Below are positions 40,048 through 50,400 of a stretch of 64,000 nt of DNA, in pieces; positions within the stretch are counted from its first letter, which is position 1; each line of letters opens with the position of its first letter. Made by a program: the position numbers and the translations under genes. The notes below the pieces were generated by a model. It was not told the DNA's origin. It saw nothing but the letters and a program-made list of their open reading frames with translations, and did no database searches. Source of the stretch: Pseudomonadota bacterium (lineage in GTDB: Bacteria > Myxococcota > JACRCW01 > JAFGSX01); assembly GCA_043821645.1 (NCBI GenBank), contig JBDRCO010000033.1, forward strand, positions 1 through 64,000, in the 5' to 3' direction.

Positions 40048-41109
40048 TCACCAGGGAAGCAACCGACGCAGACCATGCGCCAGCACCACGGGGACCAGCA
40101 AGAGGTTGCGCAACAGGGCAGCCAGCATCGAGAAGCGTGGTGGTGTGGTCCCTTCGACGAGGGCCCGCGCCAGGGCGCGCAGGTGTGTTGGGCCAAAGGG
40201 ACCATCCTGGATGGCTGCAAGAAGAGGCTCGGGCAGGGCCGCGCTGCCGCACAGGGCTCCGCTCCAGGCGCCCACGATGGCGGCGATGCTGTCCGTATCG
40301 CCACCCGCAGCAATGGTTCGCTGGATCGCAAGAAGGGGCTGGTCTCCCCAGCGTGCAAAGGCCCAGCTGGCCAGCGCCAGGGAATGCACCACGTAGCCCG
40401 TGCAGCCGAGGTGCTGCGCAGCCTGCGACGGGTCGTCGACCTGCGAGCTCAGGGCCACCGCCAGCTCGAGCGCTGCGCGCAGCTCCTCCGCCCGCACGAT
40501 CGTCAGCGCCTGGCGCACCAGGGCCTCGCGCTCATGCACAGACTCGGCGCGGGAGGCCAGGGCTGCCAGCTCGGCCACGAACTGAGCGCCCTCGATCGCC
40601 CGCGGATCCAGATGCGTCACCCGGGCCACCTCGCGCCCCAGCAGCAGGCGCTGCGGTGCGTCCTTTGCACACACCACGCCGAGCACGGCAGCGCGCATGG
40701 CGGCACCGTTTCCTGCACTCGCCACACCGCTGGTTCGAAAGCCTAGCAGCGCCCGCACGCTCGCTCGCACCGTCGCCAGGCCTATGCCGAAGGGCAGACG
40801 CACGAACCATCCGACCAGGGAGCGGCGAAAGGCGCGTACCAGCCGCGGACCGTCGATGACGCCCTCGTTCCGGGATCGGGCGAGGCTCTGCGCCAGCAAG
40901 GCACTCTGCTCAGTGTCGTCGGAGACAAAGCCCGTACGGCCGATCAGGTGGAAGCGATCCACGGTGCCGAAGCGACGCTGGATCTCCGGAGCGGACAGGC
41001 CCTCTGCCGGGAGGCCCAGGGCATCTCCCAGCGCGGTGCCCAGCAGCACACCCTCGAGTGCCTGCCGACGATCCCGGGCCACCTCAGGCTCCTGCGACCG
41101 GACGCTCAT
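40048..41109 (-). CDS. ADP-ribosylglycohydrolase (DraG/ARH family) with hydrophobic C-terminus
   Basis: GDALG, SDDTEQ, GNGAAMR, THLDP, GGDTDS. Confidence 0.92.
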   Translation of the reverse strand: MSVRSQEPEVARDRRQALEGVLLGTALGDALGLPAEGLSAPEIQRRFGTVDRFHLIGRTGFVSDDTEQSALLAQSLARSRNEGVIDGPRLVRAFRRSLVGWFVRLPFGIGLATVRASVRALLGFRTSGVASAGNGAAMRAAVLGVVCAKDAPQRLLLGREVARVTHLDPRAIEGAQFVAELAALASRAESVHEREALVRQALTIVRAEELRAALELAVALSSQVDDPSQAAQHLGCTGYVVHSLALASWAFARWGDQPLLAIQRTIAAGGDTDSIAAIVGAWSGALCGSAALPEPLLAAIQDGPFGPTHLRALARALVEGTTPPRFSMLAALLRNLLLVPVVLAHGLRRLLPW

Positions 41110-42295
41110 CGCGGGCCGCGCTCCGGGTGGCGAGCAGATACAGCAGTGCCGCCACCGCTGCGGCCACGGCGGACAGGCAGTACAGCACCCGCCCACCTGC
41201 CAGGTGCAGCACCTGGCCCCCGACGAGATAGCCTGCCACGCCCCCGACAGCCAGGCTGGACAGGGTGATGGACTGCAAGCTGGTGCGCAGGCGCGATGGC
41301 GCGCGGACTTGCACGAAGGCCACCAGGGCCAGGTACCACAGACCGAAGGTCAAGCCGTGCAGCCCCTGCACCAGGACCAGGAGCTGCCCGTCATCGATCA
41401 GGGCCGTGGCCAACCAGCGCACCACCGCCACCAGAGCGCTCAGGGTGAGCAGGCGACCGGGTCTATAGACGTGGATGAAGCGCGGGGCCAGCAGCATGAC
41501 GCCGATCTCGACACTGACGCCAATGCCCCATGCTGCTCCCACCGCCGCATCCCCCAGCCCGTGCTGCCGGGCGTGCAGCGAGAAGTACGCGTCGTAGCAG
41601 GCATGGCCCAGGTAGTAGACAGCGTTTCCGACGAGGAACAGCAGCACCTGCGACTTTCGCACCACGGCCAGGCTGTCGGCCAGGATGTGCGGTTCGCGGG
41701 TCAAGGGAGGCGCTCGCAGCGGCCAGGTCACCAGCGCGGAAACCAGGTAGCTGCCTGCGGTCACCGCGATCAGCACGGCCGGATTCAGGGAACCGCCGAG
41801 CTGTCCCAGGCCAAAGGCATACACTGCAAATCCGATGGAGCCCCAGACCCGGACTTCGCTGAAGTTGGCTCGCCCGCCACCCAGGGCGTCGACACAGGCC
41901 GCATCGATGAGCGAGGTGATGGGTGCCCGGAACAACGACAGCGCACCCATGGCCACCATGGCACCGGCGAAACCCCACCCTGGCCACAACAACAGGGCCG
42001 TGGCGGCGCAGCCCACGGCCGCGATGCGCAGCAGGGGGATGCGCGCGTGCAGGGCATCGGCCACCATGCCCCACAGCGACGGCACCAGCAGGTTCCCCAG
42101 CGGTATCAGGGTCATTGCCCACGAGATCTGTCGTGCATCGAGCCCGCGTTGAGAGAACAGCAAGGGCAGGTAAGGGAACAGACCTCCCAGGGCTCCATAG
42201 CTAAAAAAATAGTATGCGCGCAGGCTGTTCAGTTGCAGCCGGGAAGCCCGGATAAGATCCGGCGCGACGGGCCTTAAAGCGTGCGGCGTGCTCAT
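41084..42295 (-). CDS. MFS transporter (HcaT/MFS_1-like)
   Basis: About 12 TM segments, PYLPL, WGMVAD, VRVWGSIGF, LHGLTFG. Confidence 0.9.
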   Translation of the reverse strand: MSTPHALRPVAPDLIRASRLQLNSLRAYYFFSYGALGGLFPYLPLLFSQRGLDARQISWAMTLIPLGNLLVPSLWGMVADALHARIPLLRIAAVGCAATALLLWPGWGFAGAMVAMGALSLFRAPITSLIDAACVDALGGGRANFSEVRVWGSIGFAVYAFGLGQLGGSLNPAVLIAVTAGSYLVSALVTWPLRAPPLTREPHILADSLAVVRKSQVLLFLVGNAVYYLGHACYDAYFSLHARQHGLGDAAVGAAWGIGVSVEIGVMLLAPRFIHVYRPGRLLTLSALVAVVRWLATALIDDGQLLVLVQGLHGLTFGLWYLALVAFVQVRAPSRLRTSLQSITLSSLAVGGVAGYLVGGQVLHLAGGRVLYCLSAVAAAVAALLYLLATRSAARDERPVAGA

Positions 42296-42332
42296 GCGCG
42301 AACCTGATGACCAGGGGTGGTCGCGACGCGAC

Positions 42333-42698
42333 TCAGGTCGACGCCTTCAACTCGGGCAGCGGATAGGTCGATACACCCACGCGCCGACCGTCGGGATCCC
42401 TGAAGTACACAGTGAAGTCCGTGCGGTCCTCGATGGCAACCGCGCAGGCGCGCAACGCCAGTTCGATCCGTTCCTGCGTCGCTGCATCAACCGCGAACGC
42501 CAGCAACTCGCCGCTCCCTGGCGGGATGCCTGGCTCGTCGGCGGTGGCGTTCTCGACCATCAGCACGGAGGTCTCCAGCCCCAGCCACACGGAGCGGCCT
42601 GCCTGTGCGCGCACCACGGGCAGCGCGAGGAGGTCTCGGTAAAACGCGACCACCTCGTCGACGCGGTGCGTACGCAGGGCAATGTGGTGGAGACGCAT
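42333..42698 (-). CDS. VOC/glyoxalase family protein
   Basis: LHHIALR...FYRDLL, YFRDPDG. Confidence 0.9.
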   Translation of the reverse strand: MRLHHIALRTHRVDEVVAFYRDLLALPVVRAQAGRSVWLGLETSVLMVENATADEPGIPPGSGELLAFAVDAATQERIELALRACAVAIEDRTDFTVYFRDPDGRRVGVSTYPLPELKAST

Positions 42699-42840
42699 GG
42701 GCGCATTGTGGCACGACCGCAGCCCGCGGGGGGAGCTTCCTCCAAGCACTGGCCGAGTTGTCTGCATCACCGCGTGGCGAACGACCGAGTATGGTCGTGG
42801 GCATGGTCTGGGGCTATGTGCAGGACCGGGAGGCAGACAC

Positions 42841-44274
42841 ATGCCAAGGTCGACGACGACGACGAACCAGGAGCTCGCGGCCAGTCTCCAGCTCGCACAC
42901 TGGGCCTGTGGCCTGCGCAACGAGGACCTCGGCGACGACGCCGTGGACAGCGCTCAGCTCTTTGTGCTCGACAGCGTGGCCTGTGCCCTGGGTGGATTGC
43001 AACAACACGATGTGCGCCTCCTGCTCGACCACGTGCGGGAGCTCGGTGGCCATGCCCAGTGCAGCGTGCTCGGTACGACGCTGCGCTGTGACCCGGTGCG
43101 CGCGGCCTGGATCCAGGCCCAGGCCATCCGCACTCTGGACTTCAACGACATCTACTGGAAGGCCGACCCTGTGCATCCGTCGGACCTGATCCCGGCGGCA
43201 CTCACACCCTGCGAGCTGGTCGGCGGCAGCGGCCGCGATCTGATCCGGGGTGTTCTCATCGCTTACGAGATCGAGATGCGCCTGGCCGAGATGGCCAGCC
43301 CCGGGATCCGCGAGAAGGGTCTGCACCACGCCACGCTCAGCGCCTTCGCAGCACCCGTGGCCGCCGCCGTGATGCTCGGCCTGCCGCCACAGCAGGTTCA
43401 GCATGCCATCGGCATCAGCGGTGCTCCGTCCCTGTGCCTGGGCGCTGTCACGGCGGGTGCGCTGTCCCACATGAAGAACAGCGTGGACCCGCTGGCAACC
43501 CGGTCTGGCGTCGAGGCCGCCTTGCTGGCCCGCCGTGGCTTCACCGGTCCCGGGCATGTTCTCGACGGCAAGGAAGGGCTGGCCTCCTGCCTGGCGCCGC
43601 TGGGGATACACCTCGATCTGGAGCACCTGCTGCGCGATCTCCCGCGCGGTCCCTCAGATCGCTGGCGCATTCTTGACTGCGGCATGAAGAGCTTTCCCAT
43701 CGAAGCGCTGATGCATGCACCGGTCACGGCCCTGCTGGGAGTGCAGGCCGAGCACGCCATCCCCGTCGACCGGGTGCGTGAGATCCAGGTGGAGGTCATC
43801 GCCCGTGCCGCGGACATCCTCGGCGATCCGGCCAAGCGCCGGCCGACGACGCGCGAGACCGCGGACCATTCGCTGCCGTACTGCCTGGCGGTGGCGCTCG
43901 TCGACGGAGAAGTCACGCCTCGCCAGTTCGAGACCGCGCGCATCCTCGACCCGAGCCTGGCAGCGGTGATGGATCGGGTGCGGGTGCTGCCCAACCAGGA
44001 GTTCGAGGCGCTGTTTCCGGAGAGTCAGCCCAGCCGAGTGACCCTGGTGCTGCGCGATGGTTCCACCCGAAGCCGGCGGGTCGATGTCCCCCGGGGCCAT
44101 CCGCGCGATCCGATGGGTGTGCACGACCTCACCAGCAAGCTCGTCGCGCTTTGCCGCGGCTTGCTCGACGAGAAGCGCTGCCTCGCCCTGCGACAGCAGA
44201 TCCTCACTCTGCACAGCGCACCCTCGGTGCAGTCTCTGTTCGAGGCCTGCCTCCCCACCCCAGACGCATCGTGA
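42841..44274 (+). CDS. MmgE/PrpD family protein (2-methylcitrate dehydratase-like)
   Basis: LDFND, HPSD, RETADHSLPY, PRGHPRDP; GGAGG RBS. Confidence 0.9.
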   Translation: MPRSTTTTNQELAASLQLAHWACGLRNEDLGDDAVDSAQLFVLDSVACALGGLQQHDVRLLLDHVRELGGHAQCSVLGTTLRCDPVRAAWIQAQAIRTLDFNDIYWKADPVHPSDLIPAALTPCELVGGSGRDLIRGVLIAYEIEMRLAEMASPGIREKGLHHATLSAFAAPVAAAVMLGLPPQQVQHAIGISGAPSLCLGAVTAGALSHMKNSVDPLATRSGVEAALLARRGFTGPGHVLDGKEGLASCLAPLGIHLDLEHLLRDLPRGPSDRWRILDCGMKSFPIEALMHAPVTALLGVQAEHAIPVDRVREIQVEVIARAADILGDPAKRRPTTRETADHSLPYCLAVALVDGEVTPRQFETARILDPSLAAVMDRVRVLPNQEFEALFPESQPSRVTLVLRDGSTRSRRVDVPRGHPRDPMGVHDLTSKLVALCRGLLDEKRCLALRQQILTLHSAPSVQSLFEACLPTPDAS

Positions 44275-44371
44275 AGGCCTGGCACACTGCGCACCCACCT
44301 TGAGCAACGGAATCTGCTCGCCCGAATCTCCACTGCGGAGCTTAGCTTGTGACCGCCGCGAGGCTGGTTAC

Positions 44372-44794
44372 ATGGGAACCATGACCACCACGGCAAAGGG
44401 TTCTCGGATGCCTGCGCACCTGCTCACCGGCAACGAGCAGCCCCTCTCCTTCGAAAGAAGAAACCACGCCCGTCTGCCCCTCACCCTCGCGGTGCGGCAG
44501 CTCCACGACGGCGTGCTCACCTTCCACGAGAGCCGCGACGTCTCGGCGGGTGGCCTGCGGCTGGACTGGGGTTTGCGCCTGCCTCTGCGCACCCGGGTCG
44601 AGCTGCGCTTCATGCTCCCGGGCGAGGTGCGCCTGTTCAAGCTGCCCGCGGAGGTGGTGGCCAACAACTGGAACCGAGGCGCTCCCTCGACCAGCCTGCA
44701 TTTTCTGCCCGTGCAGGGAGACATCCAGGTGATTCTCGCGCACTTCGTGGATCAGCACCTGACCATGCCCTGGCAGCCCCACACACCCACCTGA
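44372..44794 (+). CDS. PilZ-domain protein
   Basis: ERRNHAR (RxxxR) and DVSAGG (DxSxGG); start uncertain (44372 or 44408). Confidence 0.85.
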   Translation: MGTMTTTAKGSRMPAHLLTGNEQPLSFERRNHARLPLTLAVRQLHDGVLTFHESRDVSAGGLRLDWGLRLPLRTRVELRFMLPGEVRLFKLPAEVVANNWNRGAPSTSLHFLPVQGDIQVILAHFVDQHLTMPWQPHTPT

Positions 44795-44866
44795 GTCCCG
44801 GCGCGCCTGCAGTGTCCGCTTCGACTGCGCGCTCTGCTGAGCGTGAATCCGGTCTAGGATGAGGCC

Positions 44867-46849
44867 ATGCGGCGTGGATCGAGCCCTGCCCCCCTGCTTG
44901 GATGGGTGCTCTGTGCGTGCGCGGTGCGTGCCCCTCTCGACGACGGAGCCCTGCCCGCAGCACCACAGGATCTCGCGCTCGCGCCTCCCATCCACGCCAC
45001 CGTCAGCCGTCCGCGCTGGCTGGCGCCCTCGCTGCGATCCCTGGTCGACGACGCTCACGCTGCGACGTGGCTGACGCCGAACTGGGATCCCGCGAGGCAG
45101 AGACTCCTGGTGGAGGTCCGGCTCGCACCCGGAACCGATGGCGACCTCGTCGACAGCGCGCTGCTGCAGGCGCAGGGCGTCTCGATCCGCGCTCGCTCAC
45201 GAGCGCAGCTGGACCTGTGGGCACCCCCCTCGACGCTGCACCGTCTCAAAGAGTGGATCCCCGATCTGGCCGCGGTGCGCCCCGCGACCCGCCCTCGATC
45301 GTCGCTAGGAGCCGTGCGCGGTCAGGGAATCGTGCGCACTGGCGCCGATCTTCTGCACTGCACGGGCGACCTGGGCCAGGGTGTCCACGTGGCCGTGCTG
45401 GACCTCGGCTTTGGCCAGTGGAACCAGGCCCAGGCTGCGGGTGAACTTGCCGCGAGCGTGGGCCCCTCGCCCGCAACGGGAAGCGTGCACGGCACGGCCT
45501 GTGCCGAGATTGTCAGCGACCTTGCCCCCGGCGTGGTGCTGCACCCCGTGGTGGTCGAGACCCTCACCGACCTGCAGGCCTTCGTCGACACCCTCGCAGG
45601 TGGGCCGGTGCAGGTCGTCAGCGACTCGCTGGTGTGGACCGGCGACTCCTTCGGCGACGGCCAGGGACCTCACTGCGAGCTGGCGCATCGCGCGCGCCAG
45701 GCCGGGGCGTTGTGGGTGACCTCGGCCGGCAACAACGGCCACGGCACGCACTACCGCGGCACCTTCACCGACACCGACGGAGACGGCTGGCACGAGTTCG
45801 CTCAGGGCGACGAACTCAATGACGTGCAACTCCGCGCGGGCAGCACCCTGGTGGTCGAGCTGGACTGGGACGACTATCCGGTGAGCGCGCGCGATCTCGA
45901 CCTGGTGCTGCTGCGGCAAGACGATGCCGGTCCGGTGCAGATCGCGGCCTCGACCGAGACGCAACAGGGGAGCGAGGCGCCGGTCGAGCGCATCCTCTTC
46001 GATGTCGCGCAGAGCGGGCGCCATGGCCTGGCCGTGGTTCGCGCCGGGGGTGATGTCGAGGGGCTCGCGTTCCGCCTGCTGCTGTTCCCGGCGACGGAGC
46101 TGGTGCTTCAGTACTGGCAAGGCGAGTCCTCTGTGCTCGATCCGGCGCCCTGCGCGGATGCCCTGGCTGTCGGCGCCGTCCCCGAGAACGAATACTTGCT
46201 GGGTGAGGTGTGGCGACACAGCGGGCGCGGGCCGACCTGGGACGGGCGGCTCAAGCCAGACCTGGTGGCACCGAGCGGGGTGCGCACCTCGACGCTGTTT
46301 CCGTTTTATGGAACCTCGGCGGCCACCCCGCACGTCGCGGCGGGTGCGGCCCTGTACCTCGAGACCATGGCCGGGGATCCCTGGCAGGCCGGACAGCTCC
46401 TGCTCGCGGACTGCGCGACGCACGACGGTCTCCCCGACAACGACGAGGGGCACGGTCGGCTGATGCTCGAGGCGATGCGCGCGGGGTGGCAGTGCCAGCC
46501 CGAGGACAGAGGCACCTGCACGACCTCCTGCGGCACCACAGGCACCTGGCTCTGTGGTGAGAGTTGCCGCTGGGCCCTGTGCGTGGCTCCTCCCGAGCAG
46601 TGCAACCAGCGCGACGACGACTGCGATGGCATTGTGGACGAGGACTGCGACCCGGGCACCGGGCCGAGCTGTGCCGCGGTCACCGCCCAGGGTGGGTGCT
46701 GTGCCCTGGTCCTGCTCGCCGCGGCCGCGGTGCTCCGCCGGCGGCCTGGAGGCACCCCGAGAGGGATCGCGCCGTGTGTAGTCCGTTGGGCGCCTCGCAC
46801 CCACATCAGCTGCTCATCCATGGATTTGGGTGAACACCAAGACCCTTGA
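44867..46849 (+). CDS. S8 subtilase with PPC-like insert, Cys-rich myxococcal motif and sorting-like tail
   Basis: VAVLDLG (D), HGTACA (H), SAGN, GTSAATP (S), EQCNQRDDDCDGIVDE. Confidence 0.9.
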   Translation: MRRGSSPAPLLGWVLCACAVRAPLDDGALPAAPQDLALAPPIHATVSRPRWLAPSLRSLVDDAHAATWLTPNWDPARQRLLVEVRLAPGTDGDLVDSALLQAQGVSIRARSRAQLDLWAPPSTLHRLKEWIPDLAAVRPATRPRSSLGAVRGQGIVRTGADLLHCTGDLGQGVHVAVLDLGFGQWNQAQAAGELAASVGPSPATGSVHGTACAEIVSDLAPGVVLHPVVVETLTDLQAFVDTLAGGPVQVVSDSLVWTGDSFGDGQGPHCELAHRARQAGALWVTSAGNNGHGTHYRGTFTDTDGDGWHEFAQGDELNDVQLRAGSTLVVELDWDDYPVSARDLDLVLLRQDDAGPVQIAASTETQQGSEAPVERILFDVAQSGRHGLAVVRAGGDVEGLAFRLLLFPATELVLQYWQGESSVLDPAPCADALAVGAVPENEYLLGEVWRHSGRGPTWDGRLKPDLVAPSGVRTSTLFPFYGTSAATPHVAAGAALYLETMAGDPWQAGQLLLADCATHDGLPDNDEGHGRLMLEAMRAGWQCQPEDRGTCTTSCGTTGTWLCGESCRWALCVAPPEQCNQRDDDCDGIVDEDCDPGTGPSCAAVTAQGGCCALVLLAAAAVLRRRPGGTPRGIAPCVVRWAPRTHISCSSMDLGEHQDP

Positions 46850-46895
46850 GGGCGATACTTCAAGAAGCACTCAGAGATCCAACCGGGGAGGACGT

Positions 46896-47399
46896 ATGCG
46901 CATCGCCAATCCAAGAACCCTGGCGCACGGAGCCAGCAGCCCGCCCGTGAAGGTTTCCCATGCGAAGGGCATCGTGCGCACACCCCAGAGGCCCCGCACC
47001 AAGGAAGTCATCAGCAAGCCCAACCCTCTTGAGACCGGCGCAGCCAGGGATTTTGCGCGGCAGCGCACCCCCGAGGATCTCGTGGGCCAGCGCATGGGGC
47101 AGGCGGCCCAGGGCGTGTCACGGGCCTTTGGGGGCAAGGATCGCGGCCTCTTGTCCCGGCTTGGTGGACGGGACGACCTGCAGCATGCGGCACGGGCCGA
47201 GGCCCAGGGGCAGCGTGGAGCCCTGTGGAATCATCTGCGCGATGCCATCGAGAGGACGACCCAGGACAGGTTCGGAGATCTCCCCGGCAGGCGCCCCCCC
47301 TTCCCGATCCAGGGCATCGGACCCAAGCACCTCAAGCCCGACATCATCCGCACCCCGAGCCTCCCGGCCAAGCTCCCGGGCGGCATCTGGGGGCCCTGA
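46896..47399 (+). CDS. Hypothetical basic, low-complexity protein
   Basis: GGAGGA RBS before MRIANPR; fills gap between genes. Confidence 0.55.
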   Translation: MRIANPRTLAHGASSPPVKVSHAKGIVRTPQRPRTKEVISKPNPLETGAARDFARQRTPEDLVGQRMGQAAQGVSRAFGGKDRGLLSRLGGRDDLQHAARAEAQGQRGALWNHLRDAIERTTQDRFGDLPGRRPPFPIQGIGPKHLKPDIIRTPSLPAKLPGGIWGP

Positions 47400-47447
47400 C
47401 TCCGGCAAGCGCCCGCTTCTCGCTGACCTGGTCGAGTTGTTTCCGCG

Positions 47448-50400
47448 TCACGGGGGAAGGGCACAGGCATGATCCGGGCTCGGTGGGCTGCGCAGGGGCA
47501 GGCCACCTATCCACACCACGCCGACACTGTCCCAGACGCTGCGCAGAAGCGTGCAGTAGGGCATGTCCAGCGCGTCGAGATCCACGCTCAGAAAAGCGCC
47601 GAGTTCGCTCCCCGCATAGAGCGCGTGGGAGCTCAGGACCAGGTGGCGCACCGGACCGTGGATGCGGGTCTGGTAGAGCTGCTTGCCATTCTGGATGTTC
47701 CAGATCCCGAGGGCACCGTTGGCATAACCGACGAGCAGGGTATCGAGCGGGCCCTCGACCAGCCGCACCACCGCACTTGATGGGACAGACTCGAAGCTGA
47801 AACTGGAGCGGGCGCCCTGCGCCTTGTCCAGCGGCACAAGCTCGATGCCGCCCTCGGCGAAGCCCAGCACCAACCACGTCGCCGTGCGCAGCACCGCCGT
47901 CACACCCACGTCCGCGTCAAAAGACGCGCGGGGACTCCCATCGGCGGCAAAGGTGAAGACCTTGCGCCCGGCCGCGACCAGCAACTCGTCGCCGGCCGAT
48001 CCCAGGGCGCTGGCCTCGAGGGGCAGATCGGTGGCGCCGCCGTGGCTGTCGAGAATGCGCACCAGGCGAGGCGTGGCCACCACGCAGGCCGTCCCCAGCG
48101 ACTCGATCAGCCTGGCCTCGTCGAGGCGAGCCTGGAACAGGCGCTGGTCGGTGGCGATCTGCCACAGCTCGATGCCACCATCGAAACCCAGCAGGCACAG
48201 ATGTGTGCCATCGCTGGACTCGGCCACGAGCTGTGCGTGGTCCGCGATCGCGCGCTGCCAGCCGGTCTCCTTGGCGACGCGGGTGCCATCAAGGTGTCGC
48301 CAGCCTGCATGGGAGAAGGTGACGCCGGCTCCCGCGAGCATGGCCGGACCTCGCCACACGGGCTGACCGTTGCGCGCGTTCCACAGACGAACCGTCGCAT
48401 CATCACCGGTCGTGGCGACGAGCAGGCCATTCGGACTGTAGGCGATGCCGTTGGTCTCGGTGCGGTGGCCACGCAGGACCTTGGCGGCGCCACCCGCGAG
48501 CGGCCACAAGCGCGCTGTGCCGTCTGCCGACGAGGTACCGATCCACTTACCGTCGGGCGACCAGGCCAGCCGGTAGATGCGCCCATCGTGGCGCCCAAGC
48601 TCACGGCTCTGGCCGTTGTGGACCTCGAACACGCGCAGGATCTTGTCGCCACCCCCGGTGGCGAGCAGGCGCCCGTCGGGGCTGAAGGCGACGCCGTAGA
48701 CTTCAGCCTCGTGTCCGGAGAGGACACGCACCTGCTTGCCCTTGGCCAGGTCCCACAGCCGTACCACGTTGTCGAAACCGCCCGAGGCTAGCAGCTTGCC
48801 GTCGGGACTGAAATCGACGCCGGTGACCCAGCCGGTGTGGCCCTTGAGCACCTTCTCGACGCGCCCGGTGGCGACGTTCCATAACCGCACCGTGCGATCG
48901 GAGCTACCGCTGGCGATGCGCCTTCCATCTGGGCTGAAGTCGACACCGTCGACCATTGCCGTGTGCCCCTCGAGCACCGCCCGGGTGGTGCCTGTCTTGA
49001 GGTCCCAGATGCGCACGTTCTTGTCGTAGCTCGAGGAGGCCAGCAACGTGCCATCGGGGCTGTAGCTGAGACCGAAGATGTAGTCGGTGTGGCCCTGCAG
49101 AACCTGCATCTGCCGGCCGCTCGCGATGTCCCACAGGCGGATGCTCTTGTCATACGAGCTGCTGGCCACCCGTGTGTCGTCGGGGCTGAAGGCGACGGCA
49201 TACGCACCGGCACTGTGGCCCTGGGGCACGGGCAAGGTCACCTCGTCATCCAGCCGCCACAGACGAACGCTGTTATCGTAGCCGCCGGAGACCAGGCGCC
49301 GGCCATTCGGGCTCACGCTCAAGCCGGACACGGCTGCCGTGTGGCCCTCGAGCACCCGCCGCTGCACACCGGTGGTCGCGTCCCAGATGCGTATGGTGCC
49401 GTCGGAACTTCCCGAGATCAGCGTCTTGTCATCGAGCCCGAAGCACACGTCGCGAACGCGGTCCTGGTGCCCCAGCAGTTGCAGCAACTGCGCACCGGTG
49501 GTCACGTCCCACACGCGCAGGGTGGCGTCATAGCTGGCGGAGACCAGCCGCTTGCCATCTCGCGAAAAGCGCGCTGCGGCCACTTCCTTGGCATGCCCCG
49601 TGAGGACGCGGTTGGGAGAGGCACGACCCCCGCTGATTTCCCACAGCCGAATCGTGCGATCCGATGAGGTCGAGGCCAGCAACTTGCCGTCGGGGCTGTA
49701 GCTGACACTCCAGACCGAATCCGTGTGTCCCTGCAGCACCGATGTGTGCACCGCGGCATCGACATCCCACAGCCGCACGGTCTTGTCCCAGCTCGCGGAC
49801 GCCAGCTGAGCACCGTCGGGGCTGAAGGCCACACCCCACACCGCTGCCTTGTGGCCGTCGAGGAGCTTCACCGCACCGCTGGTCAGATCCCACACGCGAA
49901 TCTGCCCGGTGCCACTGCCTCCGGCCAGGCGCTTGCCATCGGGGGAAAACGCCAGACTGACCACCTGATCGTCGGAGCCTCGCAGCACGCGGTTGCTGGC
50001 GGTCTCCACGTCGAAGAGGTGCACGGTCTTGTCCTGGCAGGCCGCAGCCACCGTCGCCCCGTCGGGCGAGAAGGTCACGTCGTAAACCTGGGTCTCGAGC
50101 TGGACGCGCCATTGCAGCGGATTGTGTCGAAGGCTCCACCACAGCGCACGACCCAGGGCCGAATCCTGGCTCTCCAGCGAAGCACGCAGCTTGGCCCGAG
50201 CCTCGATGAAGTCCTCCCGCAACAGGGCAGCGCGAGCGCCCTCCCGCTGCGCCTCGGCCCACTGCACACGCAGCTCTGCGCTGCGACGGCGGGCCTCGTT
50301 CTTCTGCTCGAAGAAGGCAGCCGCCATCACGGCAGCGGTCACCGCCACCACGGCCAGGGCCGCCACGGCCAGACGCTTGCGTCGCTGGGCTCGACGCTCC

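Noticed and set aside
48300-50100. Regular repeats of about 126 bp as a CRISPR or DNA repeat array
   Set aside because: They are diverged coding WD40 repeats; there are no identical direct repeats with spacers and no cas genes.
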